This document shows, piece by piece, positions 18,930-28,730 of a stretch of DNA of 64,000 nucleotides (position 1 is its first letter; every line of letters starts with the position of its first letter). Source of the stretch: Rhodospirillales bacterium (GTDB lineage Bacteria; Pseudomonadota; Alphaproteobacteria; Micavibrionales; Micavibrionaceae); assembly GCA_020638395.1 (NCBI GenBank), contig JACKIP010000009.1, forward strand, positions 1,462 to 65,461. The letters run 5' to 3'. The notes beneath the pieces are model-generated. The model made no database searches. It was not told the DNA's origin and saw only the letters and a program-made list of their open reading frames with translations. Position numbers and translations under genes: made by a program.

Positions 18930-19523
18930 TTGAAAAAGTTTGGTTTTCTCGCACTGAGTTTCTGTGTGTGCCTCCAGTTATTTGGATGTGTACAGGGAGC
19001 TCTTGTGCCTGATTCGCAATCAGTGTCCGGCGGACCAGCCGCGGCAGACGGAAAGGGTGCGGATCGTTTATATAAACTAAGTCCCGGCGATAGCATCTCA
19101 GTTAGTGTTTATGGGGAAAAGGATCTGTCCGGCACATTTAATATCAATGGGGACGGCGCGGTTTCTTTTCCATTGATCGGGATCGTTCGCCTGGAAAATC
19201 TGAATGCTTACGAAGCGCAGCTTTTGCTGGAACAAAAACTGAAAGAAGGATATCTGCGGGACCCGTCTGTCTCTGTTGAAATTATGGATTACCGGCCATT
19301 TTCGGTTCTGGGTGAAGTCAATTCTGCCGGAAACTATAAATTTTCCGAAGGACTTGTTGTGGCAGATGCGATTGCGCTCGCCGGAGGGTTTACTTACCGG
19401 GCGCAAAGAGATCAGTTTGAAGTGCTGCGCCGGTCGGAATCCGGCTGGCAACGGGTTTTTATCGGTGTGGGTGATTCTGTGTATCCGGGCGATGTTCTCT
19501 ATGTACGGGAGAGATTGTTCTGA
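18930..19523 (+). CDS. wza: polysaccharide export outer-membrane lipoprotein (short Wza/GumB-like: Poly_export plus one SLBB)
   Basis: Lipobox LQLFGC; Poly_export signature LSPGDSISVSVYGEKDLSGTFNINGDGAVSFPLIGIVRLENLNAYEAQ; SLBB motif PGDVLYV; TTG start; stop overlaps wzc start (TGATG). Confidence 0.75.
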   Translation: MKKFGFLALSFCVCLQLFGCVQGALVPDSQSVSGGPAAADGKGADRLYKLSPGDSISVSVYGEKDLSGTFNINGDGAVSFPLIGIVRLENLNAYEAQLLLEQKLKEGYLRDPSVSVEIMDYRPFSVLGEVNSAGNYKFSEGLVVADAIALAGGFTYRAQRDQFEVLRRSESGWQRVFIGVGDSVYPGDVLYVRERLF

Positions 19524-21856
19524 TGAGTGATATTGTACATACAGACGGGGATTTCGCAGAGCGCGCAGAAAGTGGGCGTTCGGAGTATGGTCCGGCCGTG
19601 ACGCAGCAACAGCCGCGGCAGCTTGATCGCGATCTTTCAACCGATATAGATCTGCGCGATTTTCTGTTTATGCTCTGGCGGCGCAAAGCGTTGATTGCGT
19701 TGATTGTGATTGTATTTTTGGCCCTCGGATGGATGGGGCTCAGCTTTATCAAGCCGCGCTATACGGCCGAGGCCATGGTGAAAATCCAGAATATGTCGGA
19801 TTCCAAAGCGGCGGAACTGACGCAGCTGGTTGCCAATTTCAAGCTTGATAACACCGTTATTCTGAGTGAGGTCGAGGTGATCCGCTCGCGGTCTTTAGCC
19901 CGGAAAGTGATACAAAAGTACGGGCTGGTCTCTGACCGGGAGTTAAATCCGTTGATGGATCATCTAAAATCCTCTTCCTCCAACCGTCAATATCGGGCTG
20001 AAACGGCAACCGGGTTTAAATCTCTGTCTTTGGATGGTCATAAAACAGAAGAGCTGCAACTAAAGGAAATGCCGCCGGAAGTAACCGACCGCCTGATGGG
20101 AGTGATTGTCAATAACTTCCTGATGAATGTCAAAGTGTACCCGGTGACCGGCTCTCACGTTATTCAGGTGGAATATACATCTTCCGATCCGGTAAAGGCT
20201 GCCCGTATTACCAACGCTTTGATTGACAGTTATCTCGATCAGCGTCTGGAAGAAAAATTTGCGGACTCCCAGAAAGTCACCGGGTGGCTGGAAGAGCGTC
20301 TGGCAACTTTGCGGGAACAGGTGCGTGCCTCGGAAGCTGCCGTTGAAAAATACCGGAATGAGAAAAATCTCGTTGTGGGCTCCCGTGCCGAAATTACGGC
20401 GCAGCGTTTGTCCGAGCTGAATACGCAGCTTGTTGTTGCCAAAGCGAAACAGGCGGAAGCGCGGGCACGCCTGAGTCAGATTGAAGATGCACGTAAAAAT
20501 CCATTACGGTTGCAATCGGCCTCCGAGGTTTTGGGGTCTAATCTGATTTCACAGTTGAAAATGCGCGAAGCTGACTTGCAGCGCAATCTGGCCGAGCTTT
20601 CCGAGCGTTACGGACCAAAGCATCCGGCGATTATCAATGCCAGGAAAGAAGTCTCTGATGTTCGTCTTAAGATTGATGAAGAGATTGAAGCCGTCTTGCA
20701 AGGAATTGGCAATGAGGAAGAAGTCGCCGGGGCCCGCGTGGAGGCTTTGGAGAAGGAATTATCCGAGATTGAGGGCGTTCGTTCTCAGGAAAATGAAGAT
20801 ATGATCCGTCTGCGGGAGCTGATGCGCGATGCAGAGGCAAACCGGTTGATCTATGAAACGTTCATGGAAACCAATAAACGTTCGGACGACCAGGAAAAAT
20901 TGCAGGAGCCGGAAGCCGATATTATTTCCTATGCAACCGTACCGGCGGAGCCGTCCTATCCCAACCGGCCACTGTTTTTATCTCTGACCGCTGCCGTGGC
21001 TCTGTTTTTCAGTATTGGTATTTGTTTACTGTTGGAAAAATTCGATAATGCGTTCCGTAGCGCCGGGCAATTGGAAGCGGTGACCGGACTGTCCTGTTTT
21101 GCGCTGATCCCGGCGATTGAAAGAATTCCACAGGGAGAGCTGGCGAATTATATCATCAGCAAGCCGGCGTCAAATCTGGCGGAGGCCGTCCGGACCTTGA
21201 GAACGGTATTGCGGCTGCGCGGGAATTCTGCCGGAAATAGTGGCGAAGATGCCCGTCCGCGTGTGGTGTCTGTTACCTCCTCCTTTCCAGGAGAGGGTAA
21301 ATCAACTTTATCTGCATGGCTGGCCCGAATTTCTGCCAAGTCCGGCGAGCGGGTGCTGCTGATTGACGGGGACTTGCGCCGTCCTTCTGTCCACAAGCTG
21401 ATTGGCGCGCGCGGAGATAAAACGATTGTGGAATATTTGACCGGACAAGCCAAGCTTGATCAGATTATCGAAAAAGATTCTGTAACCGGTCTGCATATGA
21501 TCTATGCCCGCTCGGTTCCGAACAGCGCGCTGGACCTGATCGAGTCCAAAAGGATGAAAAATCTTCTGGAAAGCCTCCGTAAAGCATATGATCTGATTAT
21601 TATTGATACTCCGGCCTGTCTGGCGGTGTCCGATGCTCGTGTTCTTGCCACGCTTTCCGACCAGACACTCTACTGTGTGCACTGGGACAAAACAGCGCGG
21701 GAGATTGTGACCACCGGAGTCAAACAGTTTACAGATATGGGATATCAGACCATGTCAACGGTTCTGACGAATGTTGACGTTCATAAACATGCCAAATATG
21801 GCTATGGTGATACGCCCTATTATTACAAGCAGTATAAAGAATATTATCAAAATTAA
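19523..21856 (+). CDS. wzc: polysaccharide co-polymerase / tyrosine autokinase (Wzc/ExoP/GumC-type BY-kinase)
   Basis: Wzz-type TM, long coiled-coil periplasmic region, second TM, cytoplasmic P-loop VSVTSSFPGEGKST, Walker B LLIDGDLRRP, C-terminal tyrosine cluster YGYGDTPYYYKQYKEYYQN. Confidence 0.85.
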   Translation: MSDIVHTDGDFAERAESGRSEYGPAVTQQQPRQLDRDLSTDIDLRDFLFMLWRRKALIALIVIVFLALGWMGLSFIKPRYTAEAMVKIQNMSDSKAAELTQLVANFKLDNTVILSEVEVIRSRSLARKVIQKYGLVSDRELNPLMDHLKSSSSNRQYRAETATGFKSLSLDGHKTEELQLKEMPPEVTDRLMGVIVNNFLMNVKVYPVTGSHVIQVEYTSSDPVKAARITNALIDSYLDQRLEEKFADSQKVTGWLEERLATLREQVRASEAAVEKYRNEKNLVVGSRAEITAQRLSELNTQLVVAKAKQAEARARLSQIEDARKNPLRLQSASEVLGSNLISQLKMREADLQRNLAELSERYGPKHPAIINARKEVSDVRLKIDEEIEAVLQGIGNEEEVAGARVEALEKELSEIEGVRSQENEDMIRLRELMRDAEANRLIYETFMETNKRSDDQEKLQEPEADIISYATVPAEPSYPNRPLFLSLTAAVALFFSIGICLLLEKFDNAFRSAGQLEAVTGLSCFALIPAIERIPQGELANYIISKPASNLAEAVRTLRTVLRLRGNSAGNSGEDARPRVVSVTSSFPGEGKSTLSAWLARISAKSGERVLLIDGDLRRPSVHKLIGARGDKTIVEYLTGQAKLDQIIEKDSVTGLHMIYARSVPNSALDLIESKRMKNLLESLRKAYDLIIIDTPACLAVSDARVLATLSDQTLYCVHWDKTAREIVTTGVKQFTDMGYQTMSTVLTNVDVHKHAKYGYGDTPYYYKQYKEYYQN

Positions 21857-21927
21857 GTTTTTTGTAGTTTTGCTTGTAAAAACATCCATCTGCATTATCT
21901 TATAAGAAAATTTTAGATGAGGATTTT

Positions 21928-23175
21928 ATGACCGACATTCTTGTACCCACCCTTGGCGAGTCCGTAAGTGAAGCAATTATTGCCAGATGGCTGAAAAAGG
22001 AAGGGGAGTCTGTTGCGGCAGATGAAGCGATTGTGGAGCTGGAAACAGATAAGGTAACTCTGGAAGTCAATGCCCCGGAAGCCGGGGTCATCCGTAAGAT
22101 CATCGCCGGGGAAGGGGCCACGGTTGAGGTCGGAGCGGTTCTTGGTCAGATGGAGGCGGGCGGTTCTGCTGCGGCATCTTCTAAATCTGCTGCAGCAGCA
22201 ACGGCGGCGCAACCTGAGAAAACAGCTGCTTCTCCTGCAACAACGGAAGGAGATGACCAGAAGTTATCTCCGGCTGTGCGCAAAATGATCGAAGATAACA
22301 AGCTTGATGCTGCGCTGATATCCGGTACGGGGAAAGATGGCCGGATTATCAAGGAAGACGTTTTGAATTTTATGGAGAGCGGTAAGGGTGCAGCAAAACC
22401 ATCTGCTGCGGCTCCCGCGCCTGCAGCAGCACCGGCACCGGTAACATTGTCCGGCCCGTCCCGCGAGGTTGCGGCCCGTGAAGAAAAAGTGCCGATGACG
22501 AAATTGCGGCAGACGATCGCCAATCGTCTGAAGCAGGCGCAAACAACGGCGGCGATCCTGACAACCTTTAACGAGGTCGATATGACCAATGTTATGGCGT
22601 TGCGCAATGAGTATAAGGAGCAGTTTGAAAAGAAACACGGAGTCAAGCTGGGCTTTATGTCTTTCTTCGTCAAAGCTGTGATTAACGCTTTGCGGGAGTT
22701 TCCGGCTGTGAATGCGGAGATCAGCGGCACGGACATTATTTACAAAAATTATTACAACATCGGGGTTGCGGTCAGCACGCCGCAGGGCTTGATTGTGCCG
22801 GTGGTGCGGGATGCCGATCAGAAAAATTTTGCACAAATCGAGGCGGAAATTATTGATCTTGGCAGCCGGGCACGTGATGGACGGCTCTCCATGACCGAGA
22901 TGCAGGGAGGAACCTTTACCATTACAAATGGCGGAGTTTTTGGCTCCCTGATGTCCACGCCCATTCTGAATACGCCGCAATCGGCGATTTTGGGGATGCA
23001 CAAAATTCAGAAACGTCCGATGGTGATGCCTAATGGAGCGATTGAAGCGCGACCGATGATGTATCTGGCGCTGTCCTACGATCACCGGATGGTTGATGGT
23101 CGCGATTCTGTCTCTTTCCTGGTGCGCGTCAAGGAAGGAATCGAAGATCCGCAACGGTTGATGCTGGAAATCTGA
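21928..23175 (+). CDS. sucB: dihydrolipoyllysine-residue succinyltransferase (2-oxoglutarate dehydrogenase E2)
   Basis: Single lipoyl domain ([17 protein letters not shown]), Ala/Pro linker, E3-binding domain, catalytic DHRMVDGR. Confidence 0.85.
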   Translation: MTDILVPTLGESVSEAIIARWLKKEGESVAADEAIVELETDKVTLEVNAPEAGVIRKIIAGEGATVEVGAVLGQMEAGGSAAASSKSAAAATAAQPEKTAASPATTEGDDQKLSPAVRKMIEDNKLDAALISGTGKDGRIIKEDVLNFMESGKGAAKPSAAAPAPAAAPAPVTLSGPSREVAAREEKVPMTKLRQTIANRLKQAQTTAAILTTFNEVDMTNVMALRNEYKEQFEKKHGVKLGFMSFFVKAVINALREFPAVNAEISGTDIIYKNYYNIGVAVSTPQGLIVPVVRDADQKNFAQIEAEIIDLGSRARDGRLSMTEMQGGTFTITNGGVFGSLMSTPILNTPQSAILGMHKIQKRPMVMPNGAIEARPMMYLALSYDHRMVDGRDSVSFLVRVKEGIEDPQRLMLEI

Positions 23176-23280
23176 TATAGAGCCTTCTGAAAAAGCCAGG
23201 ACTCGTCATCCTGAGCCATAGGCGAAGGATCTTAACGTTTGGAAACAAAAGATTCTTCGCTGCGCTCAGAATGACGGGGG
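23176..23280. repeat. ~120-bp nested-palindrome intergenic repeat, copy B
   Basis: tatagagccttctgaaaaagccaggactcGTCATCCTGAGCcataggcGAAGGATc...AGATTCTTCGCtgcGCTCAGAATGACGg, collinear with copy A; between convergent sucB and purQ. Confidence 0.7.
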
Positions 23281-23329
23281 AGTAAGAGAACTCTCTATCC
23301 TCTGCGTCTCTGCGGTTAAAAATCAATAT

Positions 23330-23360
23330 GGATCACACGCACAAGGCATGTGATGACGGC
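23330..23360. repeat. REP-like hairpin, copy 2 (ggatCACACGCacaagGCATGTGatgacgg)
   Basis: Same core as 8889-8921 with one stem mismatch; adjacent to repeat copy B. Confidence 0.6.
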
Positions 23361-23391
23361 CTGAAAGCTTGTCATTCTCGTAGGTTTCGGC

Positions 23392-24066
23392 CTAAAGGGA
23401 CTCCAGCAGGTTTTTGAAGAACGGCCGGGCGGACTGGTTGATCTGATGATCCAGCGTGGCATTTTCCGGATGCGGCATCATGCCCAGAATAGTTTTGCTG
23501 CGGTTGTAAATGCCGGCAATATTCAGGACAGACCCGTTTGGATTCGATTCCGGCGTGACATCGCCGTTTTCGTTGCAGTATTCAAATGCAATGGAATCAG
23601 TGTCTTGCAGGTCTTTTAGGATGGCATCATTTGCAAAATAATTACCTTCCCCGTGTGCGACTGGCACGGATATTATATCTCCCCGATGTAAATAACCGTT
23701 TTGCGCTTTATATTTCAGGTGCGTGTTTTTGCAGATGAATTTCAGAGAATTATTGCGCAGCAAAGCTCCGGGCAGCAATCCGGCTTCGATCATAATCTGG
23801 AACCCGTTACAGACCCCGAATACCCGAACGCCGCGTTCGGCTTTTTTGACGACATCCTGCATGATCGGAGATTTGGCCGCCATGGCACCACACCGCAGGT
23901 AATCCCCATGAGAAAATCCGCCGGGCAGAACAATCAGATCTGGAGATCCAATATCTGTTTCCTTGTGCCAGATCATGCGGATATTAGAGGCTCCGGCCTG
24001 CCGCAGGGCTTGTGCCATATCTTGCTCGCGGTTGGTGCCGGGAAAAATCAGGAGGGCAATATCCAT
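23392..24066 (-). CDS. purQ: phosphoribosylformylglycinamidine synthase subunit PurQ (glutaminase)
   Basis: MDIALLIFPGTNRE..., catalytic Cys in FGVCNGFQIM, C-terminal GMMPHPE. Confidence 0.9.
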   Translation of the reverse strand: MDIALLIFPGTNREQDMAQALRQAGASNIRMIWHKETDIGSPDLIVLPGGFSHGDYLRCGAMAAKSPIMQDVVKKAERGVRVFGVCNGFQIMIEAGLLPGALLRNNSLKFICKNTHLKYKAQNGYLHRGDIISVPVAHGEGNYFANDAILKDLQDTDSIAFEYCNENGDVTPESNPNGSVLNIAGIYNRSKTILGMMPHPENATLDHQINQSARPFFKNLLESL

Positions 24067-24100
24067 GTTACATTACGATCTGTTTGAGCGGTTAAATACT

Positions 24101-24751
24101 TTATTGCTTTTGCCGTGCCTGCGCAAAAAGTTCAAGGAATTTCTTTTGATCGGGCATTTCTCCACTGGGTACGTACACATCTTTGCCAAAGACAATCGTC
24201 GGGGTTGAATAGGCCCCAAGGCTGAGGGCCAGATCCATATTATCCTGAACCTTTTTGGCGGCGGCGGCGCTGTCCGTATCTTTGAGGAATTGCTCATAAT
24301 CCAGGCCAATAATATCGCTCATGGTTTTGATTTCATCATCATCATAGGTGCGTCCGGCCCCTTTCATGAAATAATCATGAACCGCCAGAAATTTCCCCTG
24401 CTTTCCGGCAGCATACGCCATGCGGGCCATGTGCTCGGACTCATCGCCGAGGGCAGGAAGAAATTTGTACAGCAGCTCCACTTTGCCGTCCGCTTCTGCT
24501 GCTGCCCGGATCACCGGGTCAATCTGGTAGCAAAACGGGCAGCGATAATCGTAAAACATGGTGACCGTCAGGTCAGATGTTTTGGTGGCGGCTTCAATCA
24601 CATGCCCCGGTGCGCTTTGTTGCAGCGCCCTTAAGGTCATCCAGTTCTGGGCGGACAGGACTACAGCATAAAGAGCTGTGGCCGCAATTGCCACCAGAAC
24701 AAGATTAAAGGGGGTGATGTATTTCCCCCATTCAGAAGGTTTCAGGGTCAT
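24101..24751 (-). CDS. DsbA-family thiol:disulfide oxidoreductase (membrane-anchored)
   Basis: N-terminal TM anchor, thioredoxin CxxC motif YDYRCPFCYQ. Confidence 0.75.
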   Translation of the reverse strand: MTLKPSEWGKYITPFNLVLVAIAATALYAVVLSAQNWMTLRALQQSAPGHVIEAATKTSDLTVTMFYDYRCPFCYQIDPVIRAAAEADGKVELLYKFLPALGDESEHMARMAYAAGKQGKFLAVHDYFMKGAGRTYDDDEIKTMSDIIGLDYEQFLKDTDSAAAAKKVQDNMDLALSLGAYSTPTIVFGKDVYVPSGEMPDQKKFLELFAQARQKQ

Positions 24752-24759
24752 ATTAGCGA

Positions 24760-25530
24760 TTACTCTGCCGCATCATCTTTTTTTGCATTACGAATTTCGT
24801 CAATCACGCCCTTCAGGCCATCATATCCGAGGTATCCGCGGTAAATCTGGTCATTAATAATAAAGCCGGGTGTGCCGCCAATTCCCAGATCACGGGCAAC
24901 GGCAAGATGTTTCTCGATGGTGTCGACAATCTTTTTGTCTTTTGCGGCTTCTTCCAGTTTTGCGAGATCAAGCCTGCTGGCTTCTGCGAGTGTTTTCAGA
25001 CTGTTTTCATCTTTTTGACCGGAAAACTTCATCAATGCTGTGTGAAAGTCGAAGTATTTATCCTGTTCTTCTGCGGCCAGAGACCATTTCGCAGCTTCGA
25101 GAGAGGAGTCTCCCAGAATAGGCATATCAACAAAGATCACTTCAACATTTTTATCTGCTTCCAGAAGCAGAAGAATGTCCTGAAAGGCGCGTTTGCAATA
25201 TCCGCAATTATAATCAAAGAATTCAATGATCTTGACATCCCCTTTTGGATTTCCAACGTGGGGCAGCGCATCACTCATCAGATATTCTTTGTGAGTATTC
25301 AGTTTTTCCACAGCTTCGGCTTCGGCTTTGGCCTGAGCGTCGATCTGGTGTTGCTGGATGGAATCCATTATAACGTTTGGATTTTCCCGAATAAAAGTTT
25401 CAATCAGGGTGTTTACTTCGTCTTTTTGGGCGACTGTCAGACCCGCAGGGGCATCTTCTGCATAGGAAAGTGTTGTCAGGGATGACGTCGTTAACAGTCC
25501 TAACGCACAAATAGTCAGAAATCGGGTCAC
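24760..25530 (-). CDS. DsbA-family thiol:disulfide oxidoreductase (secreted)
   Basis: Signal peptide, CxxC motif FDYNCGYCKRA; GTG start with GGAGAA SD; tandem with the preceding DsbA-like gene. Confidence 0.75.
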   Translation of the reverse strand: MTRFLTICALGLLTTSSLTTLSYAEDAPAGLTVAQKDEVNTLIETFIRENPNVIMDSIQQHQIDAQAKAEAEAVEKLNTHKEYLMSDALPHVGNPKGDVKIIEFFDYNCGYCKRAFQDILLLLEADKNVEVIFVDMPILGDSSLEAAKWSLAAEEQDKYFDFHTALMKFSGQKDENSLKTLAEASRLDLAKLEEAAKDKKIVDTIEKHLAVARDLGIGGTPGFIINDQIYRGYLGYDGLKGVIDEIRNAKKDDAAE

Positions 25531-25735
25531 AGTTTTCTCCTTGTGAAAGTAATAATATTGATATCCTCCCTAATATAGGGGAGCCGGAGCTTAAGAGCAA
25601 ACTTCTTTCATAAATTCCTGTACTTTTTTTAGGAAGCCCCCTTGTTATTGCGGATTTCCAAGGTTTCTTCTATACTGCCGGGGCATTGCAAAGTTGCAAG
25701 GCCGCAGATGAGATAACCAACCAACAAACAAACAT

Positions 25736-27178
25736 ATGAGACCAGACATGCCGACAACTTCCGCTCCGCGTACGCTTTTCCAGAAAATATGGGACGACCA
25801 TGTTGTGGATCGTCAGGAAGACGGCACCTGCACTATTTATATCGACCGCCATCTGGTGCATGAAGTGACCAGCCCGCAGGCCTTTGAGGGATTGCGGATG
25901 GCGGGACGCAAAGTTCGCCGTCCGGATGCGACGCTGGCCGTGGCCGATCATAATGTTCCGACGTCGGACCGGGCGCAGGGCATTCTGGAGCCGGAAAGCC
26001 GCCTGCAGGTTGAAACACTTGAAAAAAATGCTGCCGGGAATGGTATTACCTATTTTGGCATGAGCGATAAACGGCAGGGAATCGTGCACATTATCGGGCC
26101 GGAGCAAGGGTTTACTCAACCGGGAATGACAATCGTTTGCGGGGATTCTCATACCTCGACCCACGGTGCGTTTGGAGCGCTGGCCTTTGGAATTGGAACC
26201 TCGGAAGTTGAGCATGTGCTGGCTGCGCAGACTCTTATTCAGAAACCGGCAAAATCCATGCGGATCACGGTGGATGGAACGCTGGGGCCCGGAGTGACGG
26301 CAAAAGATATGATTTTAGCGATTATCGGCATGATCGGAACGGCCGGCGGAACGGGATATGTCATTGAATATGCCGGCGAAGCGGTGCGCAATCTGTCAAT
26401 GGAGGGGCGCATGACGATGTGTAATATGTCGATCGAAGGCGGGGCGCGTGCCGGGCTGATTGCACCGGATGCAACGACCTTTGCCTATCTGAAAGGCCGT
26501 CCGATGGCTCCCAAAGAAGATCTTTGGGAAAAAGCCGTCGCGTATTGGTCTACTCTGGCGTCTGACGAAGGGGCCATCTATGACAAAGAGATTACACTGC
26601 GCGCAGAAGATATCGCGCCGCTGGTAACCTGGGGAACCAGCCCACAGGACGTCGTGGCGGTTACCGGAACGGTGCCGGTGCGGGCCGATTTCAAAAATGA
26701 AGCGCAGCAACAGTCTTTTGACCGGGCGATGGAGTATATGGGGCTGGTGCCGGGGCAAAAGGTAACAGATATCCGGATTGACAAGGTCTTTATTGGTTCC
26801 TGCACAAATGGACGGATCGAGGATCTGCGGGCTGCGGCTGAAATTGCTGCGGGTCAGAAAGTTGCGACGCATGTGACGCAGGCTATGATCGTGCCGGGAT
26901 CTGGTCTGGTCAAGGCGCAGGCCGAAGCCGAAGGGCTGGACAAGATTTTTATCGCGGCCGGATTTGACTGGCGGGAGCCAGGATGTTCCATGTGTCTGGC
27001 GATGAATGCTGACCGTCTGGAACCGGGAGAGCGCTGCGCATCCACGTCTAACCGTAACTTTGAAGGACGGCAGGGACGGGGCGGGCGGACGCATCTGATG
27101 TCTCCGGCCATGGCCGCGGCCGCTGCAATTGCCGGTCATCTGGTGGATGTCCGTTCCTTACCACCGGTTAAAACGTAA
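25736..27178 (+). CDS. leuC: 3-isopropylmalate dehydratase large subunit
   Basis: [12 protein letters not shown]...[18 protein letters not shown], aconitase-family Cys ligands (GSCTNGR; CSMCLAMN); alternative start at 25748. Confidence 0.9.
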   Translation: MRPDMPTTSAPRTLFQKIWDDHVVDRQEDGTCTIYIDRHLVHEVTSPQAFEGLRMAGRKVRRPDATLAVADHNVPTSDRAQGILEPESRLQVETLEKNAAGNGITYFGMSDKRQGIVHIIGPEQGFTQPGMTIVCGDSHTSTHGAFGALAFGIGTSEVEHVLAAQTLIQKPAKSMRITVDGTLGPGVTAKDMILAIIGMIGTAGGTGYVIEYAGEAVRNLSMEGRMTMCNMSIEGGARAGLIAPDATTFAYLKGRPMAPKEDLWEKAVAYWSTLASDEGAIYDKEITLRAEDIAPLVTWGTSPQDVVAVTGTVPVRADFKNEAQQQSFDRAMEYMGLVPGQKVTDIRIDKVFIGSCTNGRIEDLRAAAEIAAGQKVATHVTQAMIVPGSGLVKAQAEAEGLDKIFIAAGFDWREPGCSMCLAMNADRLEPGERCASTSNRNFEGRQGRGGRTHLMSPAMAAAAAIAGHLVDVRSLPPVKT

Positions 27179-27186
27179 CGTTTCGG

Positions 27187-27217
27187 TATCACACGCACAA
27201 GGGCGTGTAATGACGAA
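27187..27217. repeat. REP-like hairpin, copy 3 (tatCACACGCacaagGGCGTGTaatgacg)
   Basis: Same core as 8889-8921; begins 9 nt after the leuC stop. Confidence 0.6.
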
Positions 27218-27312
27218 ATTGAGGGGTAGTAAGTCCGTAAATCTGAAAAGATTGACTCGTTGGTATTTTTCGGGTAGTTTATAGAACATAAAGAGAACAA
27301 TTGTGTCTTGCC

Positions 27313-27346
27313 CCCGCCGTCTGTCATGTCGGCGGGTTTTTTATTT
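27313..27346 (+). terminator. rho-independent terminator (CCCGCCG-tctgtcatgt-CGGCGGG-TTTTTTATTTT)
   Basis: 7-bp GC-rich perfect stem, 10-nt loop, U-tract; lies 135 nt after leuC and 29 nt before the next gene's ATG. Confidence 0.7.
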
Positions 27347-27374
27347 TCAACATTTTATTTAAGGAGTACATACC

Positions 27375-28679
27375 ATGCTGGGACTGGGACTTGGGCTTGG
27401 CCTGAAATCATATAAGGCCAAAATTGATGGGCTGCAACCATTCGCAATTGACAAATTTGTTGCGATCGGGGCGTCGATTACGAATTATGCATTTGAAATA
27501 CAGATCACCCGCACGCTGTGTGAAGCGATTGCGCTGCGCTTATATGGCAAAACACTGATTGTCAGTGAAGAAGCGACCGGCGGCAAGGGTGCCTCCGATC
27601 AGTTGGCGGATATGCCCGGCATTCTTGCCAATTATAGCGGGCAGAGCAATGTCGTGTTTGCCAATCATATGGGCGGGAATGATATCACCTATGGCACCGA
27701 GTTTCTCAATAAACCGCAGGTTGATCGTGATCGTCTTTTCGCAGATTATCAGGCCACCTGGGATCTGGTGAAAAATGCCGGACACCGCTTCTTTTCGTAT
27801 GGTCTGACTTTCCGGAATATTGGCGGAACGACTTTGGATAATGATCCGACGGCCCCGAAAGTGAATGAGCTGGGGGGCAGCTATACCTATAACCGGGACT
27901 GGATTTCCCAGATTTCGCAAAGCCGCGTTCCGTACCTGATGCGGGGGGATGCAATGGGGTTGAGCCATTATGAATATACCCGCAGCGTTTATGACATGGT
28001 GTTGGATACGGATAATATTCACCCGACCGAAATCGGGGATCTGATGATTGCGGTGAATATGTTTCTCGGCGTGATGGAAGCTTCGGAGGGGCGGCTGCGG
28101 GAGGCTCCGGTTGAGGTTAATTTTAATAATGCGTTCCAAAGCCCGTCAGTACCGGTCGATATTGTGATTGCCACACACACAATTGCCGGATCAATTGTCC
28201 CCAGTAATGCTAACATAAACTGGCTGGGGGCTCCGTATGGAACGACCAGCGGCCTTACACTTTATAGTGAAAGCCTGCATAATACAGATGGATCTGCCGC
28301 GAGTGGAGTCAGTGTTTTATATGCCGGGGCGAATAAATCTTTCCCCGTCTCAACGTTCGAGAGTGGAGATACCTCTGCCACACTGAATAATTCTATGTTG
28401 CGGAACTCCTATATCAGTGTGACCGGGTCTTCGGCGTCGGTTGCGGCGATGGTTTCCGGGCTGGAGCCAAACCGGACCTATGAAATTTCCATGTGCCGTA
28501 TCCGGCAAACCGATATTCTGGTTTATGCGAACAGTGCGGCGGCCGTAGCGCCGACCACGGATGAAATTGCAACAATTTCCACCCGGGCCGACCCTTATGG
28601 ACGGATTTTTGTTCGGGCCAAGGAAAACAGCGCAACCGATAGTGTTGGGTTTTCAGGATTGCGCATTCGCAGCATTTGA
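27375..28679 (+). CDS. SGNH/GDSL-family hydrolase-like protein with ~200-aa Ser/Thr-rich C-terminal domain
   Basis: SGNH blocks visible: block I AIGASIT (Ser retained), block III MGGNDI, block V DTDNIHPTEIG; N-terminal GLGLGLGL repeat; no signal peptide; SD AAGGAG. Confidence 0.5.
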   Translation: MLGLGLGLGLKSYKAKIDGLQPFAIDKFVAIGASITNYAFEIQITRTLCEAIALRLYGKTLIVSEEATGGKGASDQLADMPGILANYSGQSNVVFANHMGGNDITYGTEFLNKPQVDRDRLFADYQATWDLVKNAGHRFFSYGLTFRNIGGTTLDNDPTAPKVNELGGSYTYNRDWISQISQSRVPYLMRGDAMGLSHYEYTRSVYDMVLDTDNIHPTEIGDLMIAVNMFLGVMEASEGRLREAPVEVNFNNAFQSPSVPVDIVIATHTIAGSIVPSNANINWLGAPYGTTSGLTLYSESLHNTDGSAASGVSVLYAGANKSFPVSTFESGDTSATLNNSMLRNSYISVTGSSASVAAMVSGLEPNRTYEISMCRIRQTDILVYANSAAAVAPTTDEIATISTRADPYGRIFVRAKENSATDSVGFSGLRIRSI

Positions 28680-28730
28680 CGAAACTCTATGCTCCACTTT
28701 TGCAGCAAATTCGTGTATACTGGAGGAAGC

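Noticed and set aside
22264-23154. 296-aa minus-strand ORF (and 22146-22736)
   Set aside because: Antisense to sucB, whose lipoyl and catalytic motifs are unambiguous on the plus strand
27540-28139. 199-aa minus-strand ORF
   Set aside because: Inside the SGNH-like gene, which has an SD and catalytic blocks on the plus strand
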